Positions 10,381 to 19,345 of a DNA stretch of 64,000 nt are shown one piece after another; the first letter of the stretch is position 1; every line of letters begins with the position of its first letter. The position numbers and the translations under genes were made by a program. This DNA is from an uncultured bacterium (GTDB lineage Bacteria; Verrucomicrobiota; Verrucomicrobiia; Limisphaerales; UBA8199): NCBI GenBank assembly GCA_963749495.1, contig CAVVMW010000010.1, forward strand, positions 352,001 through 416,000. Direction: 5' to 3'. The notes under the pieces are model-generated. The model worked only from the letters and a program-made list of their open reading frames with translations. It was not told where the DNA came from and ran no database searches.

Positions 10381-10409
10381 TTGCACAAAACGGGGGAGCC
10401 CTATAGTAT
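10381..10409 (+). promoter_or_regulatory. Putative sigma70 promoter, likely leaderless TIR transcript
   Basis: TTGCAC-N17-TAGTAT ending 8 bp before the ATG at 10418. Confidence 0.5.
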
Positions 10410-10417
10410 GTGCCGGT

Positions 10418-11296
10418 ATGAGCGATCCACACTCGACTAATCCGGAGATTCCTGAATGGCTCAGGCAAAAGTTCGCACCGCCAACTCCGCCTCCGCCGGA
10501 TGCCCTACAACGAGCGAGGCAATTGGCGACCGCGCCAACCTTCTCAACATCGCCTCCAGAAAAGAGCCCGGCCGTCAAACTCCAAGATTCGGTGACGTGG
10601 GGAAGGAAAGTCATCGAAACCAATAAGGCAACGAAGGATGCGATTCTTCAATGGGCGAGGCGTGTAAGGTTCGCCTTGCTCTCAATCTTTGGGAAAGATG
10701 CGACCATTGTGAAGGACCTCGACATGCTCCTGAAAGAAGCCCAATCGAAAGGCCTATCACGAGATCAATTCGCTCAGAGATTGGCGGATGTGGAATCGCT
10801 CGTGGCTTATCTAAACAGGCTTGGCGGCTGTCCTCTTGCGTCTCCAGCTTCACAAACCTCGCGGACTCCCTCGATAAAGGATGTGTTTATCATTCACGGG
10901 CACGACGAGTTAAATATTCGCCGTTTATCGCAGCTTTTGCAGGCAGCCTGTGGACTAAACCCTGTTGCAATGCTCGCCAAGCCGGGAATGGGCCGTCCGT
11001 TGGTAGAAAAGTTCGAGCATGAGGCGCAAACGTGTTCATTTGCATTTGCTTTATTCACTCCGGACGATGATGTGGTTAAGCCAGAAGGGGCGTACAAACA
11101 GGCGAGACCCAATGTCATTTACGAAGTTGGCTGGTTTATCGGGCGACTTGGACGAGAGCGCGTTACCTTGCTCTTAAACACAGGGGCGACGATTCATTCT
11201 GATTTGGACGGGGTTTCAAGGATTCACTTCACGGATAACATCGAAGATAAGTTCATCGAAATCCAGAAGGAGTTGAGGGCTGCAGGCATGGTGTAG
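10418..11296 (+). CDS. Cap12/Pycsar-type TIR-domain (predicted nucleotide-binding) protein
   Basis: C-terminal VFIIHGHDE…LVEKFE…FAFALFTPDD…QARPNVIYEVGWFIGRLGRERV…HSDLDGV; visibly lower GC than flanks. Confidence 0.88.
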   Translation: MSDPHSTNPEIPEWLRQKFAPPTPPPPDALQRARQLATAPTFSTSPPEKSPAVKLQDSVTWGRKVIETNKATKDAILQWARRVRFALLSIFGKDATIVKDLDMLLKEAQSKGLSRDQFAQRLADVESLVAYLNRLGGCPLASPASQTSRTPSIKDVFIIHGHDELNIRRLSQLLQAACGLNPVAMLAKPGMGRPLVEKFEHEAQTCSFAFALFTPDDDVVKPEGAYKQARPNVIYEVGWFIGRLGRERVTLLLNTGATIHSDLDGVSRIHFTDNIEDKFIEIQKELRAAGMV

Positions 11297-11350
11297 CCAG
11301 CCCTGGCGTCAGGCGGGCGCACAGCAAAATACCGGGGTGCCCGGAGGAGG

Positions 11351-11597
11351 GGGCAAACCATAACTTTTCACTTTGTGACCTCCTCCGGCTCGGTCTTGCG
11401 AGGCAGATACAGCTTGTTGTTCAGGATCCTCCAACTGCCCATATGCAACCTCTCGGCGATTTGGCGCATGGTCCCCACGGCTCAAGATGTCGTAAATCGC
11501 CCCGGGGTATTCGACTCTGATTTGCCGCGGCATCGGCAGCACTCTGCCAGTACCCCTGGCGTCCCGTCAAGTGAAAAGTTATGGTTTGACCCATTTC
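11351..11597 (-). mobile_element. Internally deleted RAYT-like transposase element with 20-bp inverted ends
   Basis: N-terminus MPRQIRVEYPGAIYDILSRGD (ATG 11533) fused out of frame to C-terminus RQIAERLHMGSWRILNNKLY…VTK*; perfect IR caaaccataacttttcactt (11354-11373) / aagtgaaaagttatggtttg (11569-11588). Confidence 0.8.
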
Positions 11598-11598
11598 A

Positions 11599-14500
11599 CT
11601 GCGCGCCAACTACGAGCGCCTTGAAGTGTCGCCCTCCTGGCAGGACAAGGAGCGTTTCGACGAGTACCGGCAAGAGTTCGACGACCTTTGGCAGGACAGC
11701 CATCCGCACGTTCACACGGTCACGTTGCCGGAGGCACTGCGCCAGAAAATCATCAAGTTCGCCCCCGCTAAGCCCCCCGTCTCCGAGCCGACCGACGCTC
11801 TGGCCCGGCGCAGGGCCGCAATGGCTTGGCGGTTCATCGCCGAAGCGCCTTATCTCGAAAGCGGCGCCGCCGCGTGCGAAGCCACCGCGCCGATTGATCT
11901 TTGGCCACACCAGCGGGTTGTCATTGAAGAAGCCGCTTCTGGATGGCCGGATGGCCGGATGCTTTCCGACGAAGTCGGCATGGGTAAGACCATCGAGGCT
12001 ATCATGGTCTTGCGCCGCCTGCTCGCCGGGCGCGGCGTGAGCCGTGCTCTTCTTCTGCTGCCCGCCGGATTGACCGGCCAATGGCAAGAGGAATTGCGGG
12101 AGAAGGGCGGCCTCATCGTGCCCCGCCTGCAAGGCACTGACACGCTGGTCTGGCCCGATGGCCGCACCGAGCGCCTCGCAGGTTTGGCCAAGGCGCTCGA
12201 CCAGAACGTGCTCATCATGAGCCGAGAGACGGCCAAAAGGGAGAACCATCGCGACCTTCTCCTCCAGGCCAGTCCCTGGGATCTCGTTTTGATGGACGAA
12301 GCCCACGCAGCCCGCAGGTCGAAGCAGGAGGAAGGCGAATTCAATTCCGGCGTCCTGCTCCTCAACTTGCTCCGCGAGTTGCAGGCACGCGGCAAGGCCC
12401 GTGGCTTCCTGCTCCTCAGCGCCACCCCCATGCAAACCTCCCCCTGGGAGCCCTGGGATTTGCTCGCCGTGCTGGGCGAAGGTGGCGGGTGGCTGGCCGG
12501 CTTCGAAGGCGTCCGTGCCTTCTACGGCCTGATCCACCAACTCAAAGATGGCACGCCCTTCCCGGAAGACGCCCGCCGGGCCTCCTTTCTTATCGCGTCA
12601 GACCCCAGTTTTCCCGACCCACCCCCGGGTTTCGCCAAAATCTCCATGCCCCAGGATGGTGAGCGCAGGCTCCGTTTCGTGCCGCCCGGCAGAAGGGAGG
12701 ATCTCATTCGCTGGCTGCGCCAGGGATCGCCGCTCGCCCGCCGGATGCACCGCAACACGCGCAAGACGCTCCGCGACTACTACAATCTTGGCCTGCTGGC
12801 CAAAGAGCCGCCCATGCGTGTGGTTGTGGATTTGCCCTATGACTTCCAGCCCCCCGACGGCCCCGAGCGGCGCGTCTATGACGCTGTGGCGCGTTACATC
12901 GAACGCCGGTTCGAGGAACTCGAAAGCGAAAAGCCGGGCAAAGGTTTCGTCATGACCATTTACCGGCGTCGCGCGGCCAGTTCCCCCTACGCGCTCCGGT
13001 GCAGTCTCGAACGGCGGCTCGAAGGCTTGAGGCGCGTGATGACCCAGAAAGCGAGTTCCGGCTTCATCGAAGCCACCGACGCGCCCGCCGGCCTCAGCGA
13101 CACCGACGTGCCGGACGAAATTGATCCCCGCTCCATCCCTTCCAGCCTGCCATCCAGCCCGGAAGAAGCCCGGAAAGAAGCCGCCGATGTGAGCGCGTTG
13201 CTCGACCAGCTCCGCGCCTTGGGCGCAACGGACACCAAACGCGACCGGTTCTTCGACCGCATCCGCGATCTCTCCGCCGAAGGCCGGCCCACCCTCATCT
13301 TCACGGAATACACGGACACGATGGAGTATCTCCGTGACAACCTTGCCAACCACTACGGCGCCCAGGTCGCCAGCTACAGTGGCAGCGGCGGCGCGTTCTA
13401 CAAAGACAATCAATGGGTGCCGGCCAACAAAAAGGACATCACGGAGGCGCTGAAAGCAGGAACCGTCCGGTATTTGATTTGCACCGACGCCGCCAGCGAA
13501 GGCTTGAACCTGCAAGCGGCCAGCGCCCTGATCGATTACGACCTGCCCTGGAACCCCAGCAAGGTGGAGCAGCGCATCGGGCGCATTGACCGCATCGGTC
13601 AGCGCGAGAAGGAAATCAAAATTTACAACTTCCTGTTGAGGGACAGCATTGACGAGAAAGTCTATGGCGCGCTCCGCCGCCGCTGCGGTTTGTTCGAGCA
13701 TTTCGTTGGCACAATGCAACCCGTGCTGGCCCGCGCCCAGACGATGCTCAACCGGCCCAAAGAGTTCTCCATAGACGACCTTGAGCGTATCGCCACCGAG
13801 GTCGAGACCAATTACCTGAACGCTGAGGCTTATCTCGATTCCGACGCCGTTGAAATGAAGCCGGCCAATCCGCCCGTCAGCCGGGCGGACATCCTCGCCG
13901 CGCTCGACATGCTTCGCCCGGAGTTTGGCTTCCAGGTCAACCTGGACGCCAGCAAGACGCTACTCTCCCTCAAAGGGCCTGGTGGCAAGTCTCCCCGATT
14001 CGCCATGTCTGACCAGGCTCTCGACGCCGATCCTGTGGCGCGGCCCTTGACCGCCCTCAGCGCAGAGGTCTCCCAAATCGCCGATCACTTGTGCCGTCCT
14101 GGCGAGACTCTCCCGCTGGTCATCGGCAGCTACCGCGCCGGGGCCTTTCGGCGCTCCTGTGCCTTTTGGCTAACCGATGACGGCATGGAGCGGCTGACTA
14201 CGTTCGCCGGCTTGCGCGCCCGCGTTGACGCCTGGGACGGCAAGCTCCCCACGCCTGAGAAAATCACCGCAGCAGCCCAGCACGCCCAGAAGGAGGCGGA
14301 AAAGCAGGTGCGTGCCATGGAAACACGCGCCCGCAAGGTTGAGCAGGCCAGCCTGGCGGCCCAGCGCGGGGCCGCCGCTTTGCGGCTCACCCGTGAAGTT
14401 GCCCGCCTTCTCCGCTGCCTTGACCCGAGTGCCGTCGACCTCACCCAACTCGCCGAAGTCCAAGCCAGCCGCCCCGGTCCGCTGGCCGAACGCCTTCGCC

Positions 14501-14679
14501 AGGCAAAGCAGCGCCTCGGCGGCAAGTTCAATTGGACGGACCAAACCCGCTGGGAATTGCAGCAGTTCCAGCGAAGCCTCACCCCAAACGAGAAGCAATC
14601 TCGTCTCTCCGGCAGCAGCCTCGATGCCTCCCTCGCCGACTACAGGTGGAGATGCCAAGTCGGGGCGGCCCCACAATAA
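11599..14679 (+). CDS. SNF2-family helicase, 5'-truncated (only the tail of an N-terminal PLD-like domain is left)
   Basis: SDEVGMGKT, MDEAH, LSATP, TDAASEGLNLQ, DLPWNPSKVEQRIGRIDRIGQ. The frame starts abruptly with LRANYERLEVSPSW right after the RAYT end; the HKD motif is absent. An in-frame GTG lies at 11626. Confidence 0.85.
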   Translation: MRANYERLEVSPSWQDKERFDEYRQEFDDLWQDSHPHVHTVTLPEALRQKIIKFAPAKPPVSEPTDALARRRAAMAWRFIAEAPYLESGAAACEATAPIDLWPHQRVVIEEAASGWPDGRMLSDEVGMGKTIEAIMVLRRLLAGRGVSRALLLLPAGLTGQWQEELREKGGLIVPRLQGTDTLVWPDGRTERLAGLAKALDQNVLIMSRETAKRENHRDLLLQASPWDLVLMDEAHAARRSKQEEGEFNSGVLLLNLLRELQARGKARGFLLLSATPMQTSPWEPWDLLAVLGEGGGWLAGFEGVRAFYGLIHQLKDGTPFPEDARRASFLIASDPSFPDPPPGFAKISMPQDGERRLRFVPPGRREDLIRWLRQGSPLARRMHRNTRKTLRDYYNLGLLAKEPPMRVVVDLPYDFQPPDGPERRVYDAVARYIERRFEELESEKPGKGFVMTIYRRRAASSPYALRCSLERRLEGLRRVMTQKASSGFIEATDAPAGLSDTDVPDEIDPRSIPSSLPSSPEEARKEAADVSALLDQLRALGATDTKRDRFFDRIRDLSAEGRPTLIFTEYTDTMEYLRDNLANHYGAQVASYSGSGGAFYKDNQWVPANKKDITEALKAGTVRYLICTDAASEGLNLQAASALIDYDLPWNPSKVEQRIGRIDRIGQREKEIKIYNFLLRDSIDEKVYGALRRRCGLFEHFVGTMQPVLARAQTMLNRPKEFSIDDLERIATEVETNYLNAEAYLDSDAVEMKPANPPVSRADILAALDMLRPEFGFQVNLDASKTLLSLKGPGGKSPRFAMSDQALDADPVARPLTALSAEVSQIADHLCRPGETLPLVIGSYRAGAFRRSCAFWLTDDGMERLTTFAGLRARVDAWDGKLPTPEKITAAAQHAQKEAEKQVRAMETRARKVEQASLAAQRGAAALRLTREVARLLRCLDPSAVDLTQLAEVQASRPGPLAERLRQAKQRLGGKFNWTDQTRWELQQFQRSLTPNEKQSRLSGSSLDASLADYRWRCQVGAAPQ

Positions 14680-14828
14680 TGCTTACCCAGGTGACGGCAA
14701 TAGAATGCCGCAGGCGCTTCAGCTCAGGGCACTCCGTCCCCTGCCTGATGAGCTGCGCCCCGTCGCCGATGAGTACGAGTTTGACGAACAGCCCAACCCC
14801 CGCCACACTCCCCCCGAATGGCGCCTAA
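14679..14828 (+). pseudogene. Possible N-terminal remnant of a HipA-like kinase
   Basis: Coupled by TAATG to the helicase stop; MLTQVTAIECRRRFSSGHSVPCLMSC resembles HipA_2-type kinase N-termini, then degenerates. Confidence 0.35.
14781..14809 (+). promoter_or_regulatory. Putative sigma70 promoter of the TAC operon (leaderless)
   Basis: TTGACG-N17-CACACT ending 8 bp before the ATG at 14818; no SD sequence. Confidence 0.5.
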
Positions 14829-15348
14829 ACTCGACATCTCCGATCAAGTAACGGCTGGGTATCATGGTACATCCCTTGGCGCCGCCGAAGAAATAGTGCG
14901 CACGAAGTTCAAAATGTCTGCCCCGGATTCACGCGCGTTTCTTGGTGAGGGCGTTTATTTCTTCGATAACCAGCCTTCCCAGGCCAAGCACTGGGCCGTC
15001 ACCCGCTGCGGAAGAATGGCCGGAAGCAGGGTGGCTGTCATCGAGTCCAAGATAAGGTATGGCCGGCTCCTGAATCTCGCCGACAGGCAGCAGCAGGACA
15101 GCATCCAATGGTTTGCCAGGGAGTATCAGCGGAAGGCCGACAAGACGGTCACGCTCCCGACCATTATCGATATAGTTGCCGAAAAACTCAGTGCAGACGT
15201 TGTCAAAGCGATGCGCATCCCCCGAAACCCGTCCTTCCTAATGCAGACTGGATTCTCTGCCGATATTGAGGTTATATTGGCGGTGCGAAATTTAACAAAT
15301 ATATTGTCAAGGGACATCATTTGGAGTCAAATAACCGGCCTCGTATGA
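14818..15348 (+). CDS. ADP-ribosyltransferase-fold toxin (CmdT-like)
   Basis: GYHGT … FLGEGVYFF … AKHWA motifs of H-Y-type ARTs; first gene of a three-gene operon ending in a SecB-like gene. Confidence 0.8.
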   Translation: MAPKLDISDQVTAGYHGTSLGAAEEIVRTKFKMSAPDSRAFLGEGVYFFDNQPSQAKHWAVTRCGRMAGSRVAVIESKIRYGRLLNLADRQQQDSIQWFAREYQRKADKTVTLPTIIDIVAEKLSADVVKAMRIPRNPSFLMQTGFSADIEVILAVRNLTNILSRDIIWSQITGLV

Positions 15349-15686
15349 ACGCGATGAGAAAAGCACTCGAAGAATTTCTCAGTAACTCCACACCGGAGCA
15401 ACTCCAGGCCGAACTCAACAAAGGGAACCGCCCATTCTTCCAGACGCTTGACGACCCCGTATTGCTGGTGGCCGAGCCGAGGTTTTCTCTGCCCGCGACA
15501 GTCTCCTTTTTCCAAGGCGAGTTTGCACTTCCTGGGCTTGAGAGGGGAGAAAGGGTCAAGATCAACGCGACAGTCTCGTTTTTCCAAGGCGAGTTTGTAT
15601 TCGGGCAGTCCTCCGAAGAGGTTGACACCGGAGCCGCCTTGTCCGTCACGTCCGCAGCGAACCAGGACCTTGCGCTGGCGGCATAA
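15345..15686 (+). CDS. Antitoxin with chaperone-addiction tail and ssrA-like degron (CmdA-like)
   Basis: ATGA overlap with the toxin stop; 113 aa; ATVSFFQGEF twice; C-terminus AANQDLALAA. Confidence 0.78.
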   Translation: MNAMRKALEEFLSNSTPEQLQAELNKGNRPFFQTLDDPVLLVAEPRFSLPATVSFFQGEFALPGLERGERVKINATVSFFQGEFVFGQSSEEVDTGAALSVTSAANQDLALAA

Positions 15687-15691
15687 AGCCC

Positions 15692-16175
15692 ATGCCAGAC
15701 GAGTCCCCCAACGTCACCCTGTACCCGATACAGACGACATTCATCGTGGTTCGGGAAATCCACTTCGTTTCTCATCGCCCCCCGAGCGCAAGCGATAAGA
15801 TCGACCAGTCCCGTATTTCCATCACCCAGTCGGCCACTCCATTCAATGAAGCCACACGCCGGGTTCAGGTCACGCTCACCGCCGAGGTTCGGGCCAGGCC
15901 CCGAACCTGAAGCCAATCCGCCACCGTTCAGCGTCAAGGTGTCAATGACGGGCGAATTCGTCATTGATCCGTCCTTTCCCACTGACAAGATCAGGCTTTG
16001 GATAATTCAGAACTCCGCTTATCTCATTTTCCCATACCTCCGGGAGCGCCTCCATTACATCACTGGCCAAGGGGGGTATCCGCCGATCCTCCTGCCGCTG
16101 ATGCAGATTCCCACCATCAAAATCGACGCCCCCAAGCCTGCACAACCGGCCCCATCTCCCGCGCGCGAAGCGTAG
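15692..16175 (+). CDS. SecB-like chaperone (CmdC-like), split by one extra base near 15887
   Basis: Removing one G from gccgaggttcggg joins the two ORFs into 160 aa with SecB-like PFSVKVSMTGEF…NSAYLIFPYLRERLHYITGQGGYPPILLP. Confidence 0.8.
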
Positions 16176-16632
16176 CTGCGATCATCAAGTCCCTACGGGG
16201 GCGGCAACGGTCTGCGTAGGACCAACGCAGAAATCGGATACCGGAAGGGGAGGCATTGCGTGCCCCCCAAGCCCTTGGGCGCCCGAAGGAACTCCATATC
16301 AGGCCGGGGTGGAGACGCGGGGCGGCTGGGCCTGGGCGGGCAGGCCAGCGCCGGCAAGAGCGGTCCCAGGAAGCGCAGGGCGGGTCCGGCAAAACACCAG
16401 AATTTATCGAGCGCCATCGTAGCGCGAAGCGGCCCCGGCAAAGGAGGGGCTGGCCCGTCCCCAGCGCGGGCTTCGGGAAAAGGAACTCCATAGGCACCGG
16501 GGGGGGCGCCCCGCCGTCCGCCGGGGGCGGCGTTGGCCTGGCGCTCCTGGCCGGCAGGTCACGACTCGACAGCCGCCGGGGGTCAGCCGAGACCGTGGCC
16601 AGTCCCGCCAGAATGGCCCGCCTTGCTGCGAG

Positions 16633-16862
16633 GAAAGGGGCCCTTACATAGTGCATTTTCATTCATATTCCCAGATGAGCTTGGTCTGGCTGAGCAGGGG
16701 TGAGTTGGCCCATAGCCAGTTGCAAGCGCACGCTCGGGTTCCGGGGGTGCCCAGGTGCAGGTGCCCGGCAATCTGCTTGACGGAGAGCGTTGTCCCCCTA
16801 CGCAGTCGGGCTGCGATTTGCAGCTTAGCCGGGTCGCTCTTGCGCCGGGACGCGAGGTCTGT
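16633..16862 (-). pseudogene. 3' remnant of RAYT-like transposase
   Basis: Minus strand DLASRRKSDPAKLQIAARLRRGTTLSVKQIAGHLHLGT…QAHLGI*, ending at a gcccctttc-type terminal motif. Confidence 0.65.
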
Positions 16863-16899
16863 CGGTCTCTTGCGTGGCTGTCAGTAACCTGAACTAAAG

Positions 16900-17505
16900 G
16901 CCATTGGGGTCATGTCTTGTCATGGCAGGGGTCAGACCGTAGAAAAGCCTCAGGCCTCCACCCCTTGGACCTCGAAAAAAAATGCCTCATAATCCGCATG
17001 GTCCGCATTGTCCTTAGACAACATCCGTCCCCAGCGCACACACTCCCGGCATGAAACGGCAACTGCGCCAACTGAGGCGTTCGGAAGGAATAAATGTGCC
17101 AGGTGTGGCGCAGGAATTTCGGCCGCTGGCGAGGCGCGAGCGAGGTGCATATCCGCCAGGATGTGTAAGGAGCGAGCAACAAAGCCAGCGGGCAAAAGGA
17201 CCAGCCAGAGCTGGCACGTTTATTCCTTCCGAATGCCTCAGGCCCCGCACAGGCCGCCCACCAACAGGGGCCAACCGCTGGTCCAGCCTCATTCCCACCA
17301 ATTCACGCGATCCCCGCAATTTCGGGCATTTTCCCACATTTTCCCACATTTTCCCACAATTTCTAAACCTCCGGGAGAGGAGAAACGTCGAGCTCGCGCC
17401 TTACCAAACCGCACCAGGGTGCAAAGGACTGGGCAGACCCCTCCCGCTGTCCAAACCCTCCGCGGTTTTGTGTCATTTCAAGCCATTGGGGTCATGTCTT
17501 GTCAT
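16900..17505. repeat. 24-bp direct repeats bounding about 600 bp of non-coding DNA
   Basis: gccattggggtcatgtcttgtcat at 16900-16923 and 17482-17505. Confidence 0.75.
17072..17241. mobile_element. MITE-like element with about 30-bp inverted ends
   Basis: tgaggcgttcggaaggaataaatgtgccag (17073-17102) / ctggcacgtttattccttccgaatgcctca (17211-17240), 2 mismatches. Confidence 0.6.
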
Positions 17506-17769
17506 TTCAAGCAGTCTCTTGAACTTCCAGGCGTCTCTGGTTCCTCGAGCGGCTGCGGACAATTCTCCCTCTCCCCTTCCGACTCGCCGCGCTGCCGCGC
17601 CGCCCGCCGTGCTCGCGCACTGGCGCGGCAGGTCGCAGCGGGTGGGGAGAGGGCCGGGGTGAGGGGTCCGGTTACGGGGACGCTGAATACGCTTTGACAA
17701 GGAATCGAAACGAGGCATGATCTGCTGTGCAACCGGTCATGTTCCCGGTCCACTCGACACTCCCAAACT

Positions 17770-19229
17770 ATGACTCGACCCGTGCAGCAGCGGCCAGTCC
17801 CCAAGCTCGGTCTGGTGATTAACTCCATCGAGGTCTTCGATCCGGTCTCCAAGGACCGGTCGGAGCAGGCGCTCCGCCGCTACTTCGACGAATTGCTCGC
17901 TTCCAACCAAATTGACCCTGCCTCGATCATCACCGAGCGCATTTTTGGGCCGCACGAGGCCCTGGCAGCGGCGGACCGGTTTGCGGCGGCACAGGTGGAT
18001 GTCGTGGTCATCGCCAATATCGCCTTTCCCAATGGCCAGGTCTTCCTGACCCTGGCCACGCATCCGAACCTGGCCCAAACCCCGCTGGCGGTCATCGCCG
18101 AGCCCGAGCCGCCGGACAGCCCGGAATGGGCGACCAATGCCTGGTGCGGGGTCATCATGAATAACCATGTGGCCCACCAGATCGGCCGCCCCATATTGAC
18201 CCTGCCCGGGCCGTTCGCCGGCGAGACGTTCCAGGCCCAGTTCTCGAGGTTGCTCCGGGTCGCCGGGACGATCCGGTTCCTGCGCCGGGACTTTCTGGGC
18301 CGCTTCGGCGATGCCCCGGGCGGCTTTCATTCGGCCACGGGCGACCAAATGGCCTTTGCGAGGGTCTTCGGGACGCGCGTGGACACCCTGGACTTGACGG
18401 CCGTGATGGAGACCTTCCGGACCGGCAAGGCCAAAGGGTATTTGGGAGAGGCCGGTTTTTCGGATGAAGACATCCGCCAAACCGTCGCGCAGATAACCGA
18501 AGGCCGCGAGGTCCAGGTGGACGCGAAAATGGTCGAGCGCGGGGCGCGGCTCTACCAGACCTACCGGGCGATCATTCGGGCAAACGGCTATACTTCGGCC
18601 GCCTATCGTTGTTGGCCGGAGCAGAACGAATCGTATATCGGGGTCAGCTCCTGCCTGGCTATCGGGTTGCTGCTGGCAAACGGGGACATTACCGGGGCGG
18701 CCTGCGAAGGGGACTGGCCTACGGCCGTAGTCCAGTCCATCGGCACCCTGCTCTCCGGCCGGGCCGCGGCCTGCCTGGACTGGGTCAGCTACACCGGCGG
18801 GTCCCAGATAGTGCAGTTGGGCCATTGCGGCGTGGGCATCTGCGGTTCGATGGCGCAGGGCAAATGCGGTTGCGCCTCTTTCGACACCATCGCGATGCAC
18901 CCCCCCATCCGGTTGGGCGGAGGCGCCATGGGCCCGGTACACATCGGCCAATTCGAGTTTGGGCCCAAGACCGGCCTCTGCTTGGCGCGGGACCCGAACG
19001 GGCGGTTCAAACTCCTGGTCTTCCGCGGCACGAGCAGTCCCGAGACGGCCCGGGGGTTGGCGTATGTCGCCGCCGATATGGCGGTGCCGGATTACCAGCG
19101 GCTCAACCAGCTCGTGCTCGAGGGGGATTCACCCATCACCTCGCAGTGGCGCTGGCCGATGTGAGTGAAGAGGCCAGGATGCTGTGCGCGTTCCTGGGCA
19201 TCGAGTGCGTCAGCCCGCACGACCAGTAG
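17770..19229 (+). CDS. L-fucose/L-arabinose isomerase-like protein (frameshift in G-run near 19123)
   Basis: AYRCWPE, AACEGDW, QLGHCG; C-terminus GFTHHLAV continues in another frame to 19229. Confidence 0.8.
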
Positions 19230-19345
19230 AGTCTTTGAACTCCAAGACGTGATGCAGACCGGTCAAGATTGTGGCACGGGCATCCTGCCCGTGGGGGACT
19301 TGGGCAGGATGCCCGAGCCACGGTGTGAGGCCCTGCCTCGCTAGG

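Noticed and set aside
10277..10417. Longer N-terminus of the TIR ORF (and the 1577, 5992, 19271, 23978 and 56357 starts of other ORFs)
   Set aside because: The extensions run through repeats, transposase ends or promoter sequence; downstream starts fit domain boundaries better.
6064..14679. R-M gene plus helicase as a split Type ISP enzyme, or a complete DISARM/BREX system
   Set aside because: The helicase is SNF2-type, truncated and separated by unrelated DNA; no drmA/B/C, pglZ or brxC genes in the window.
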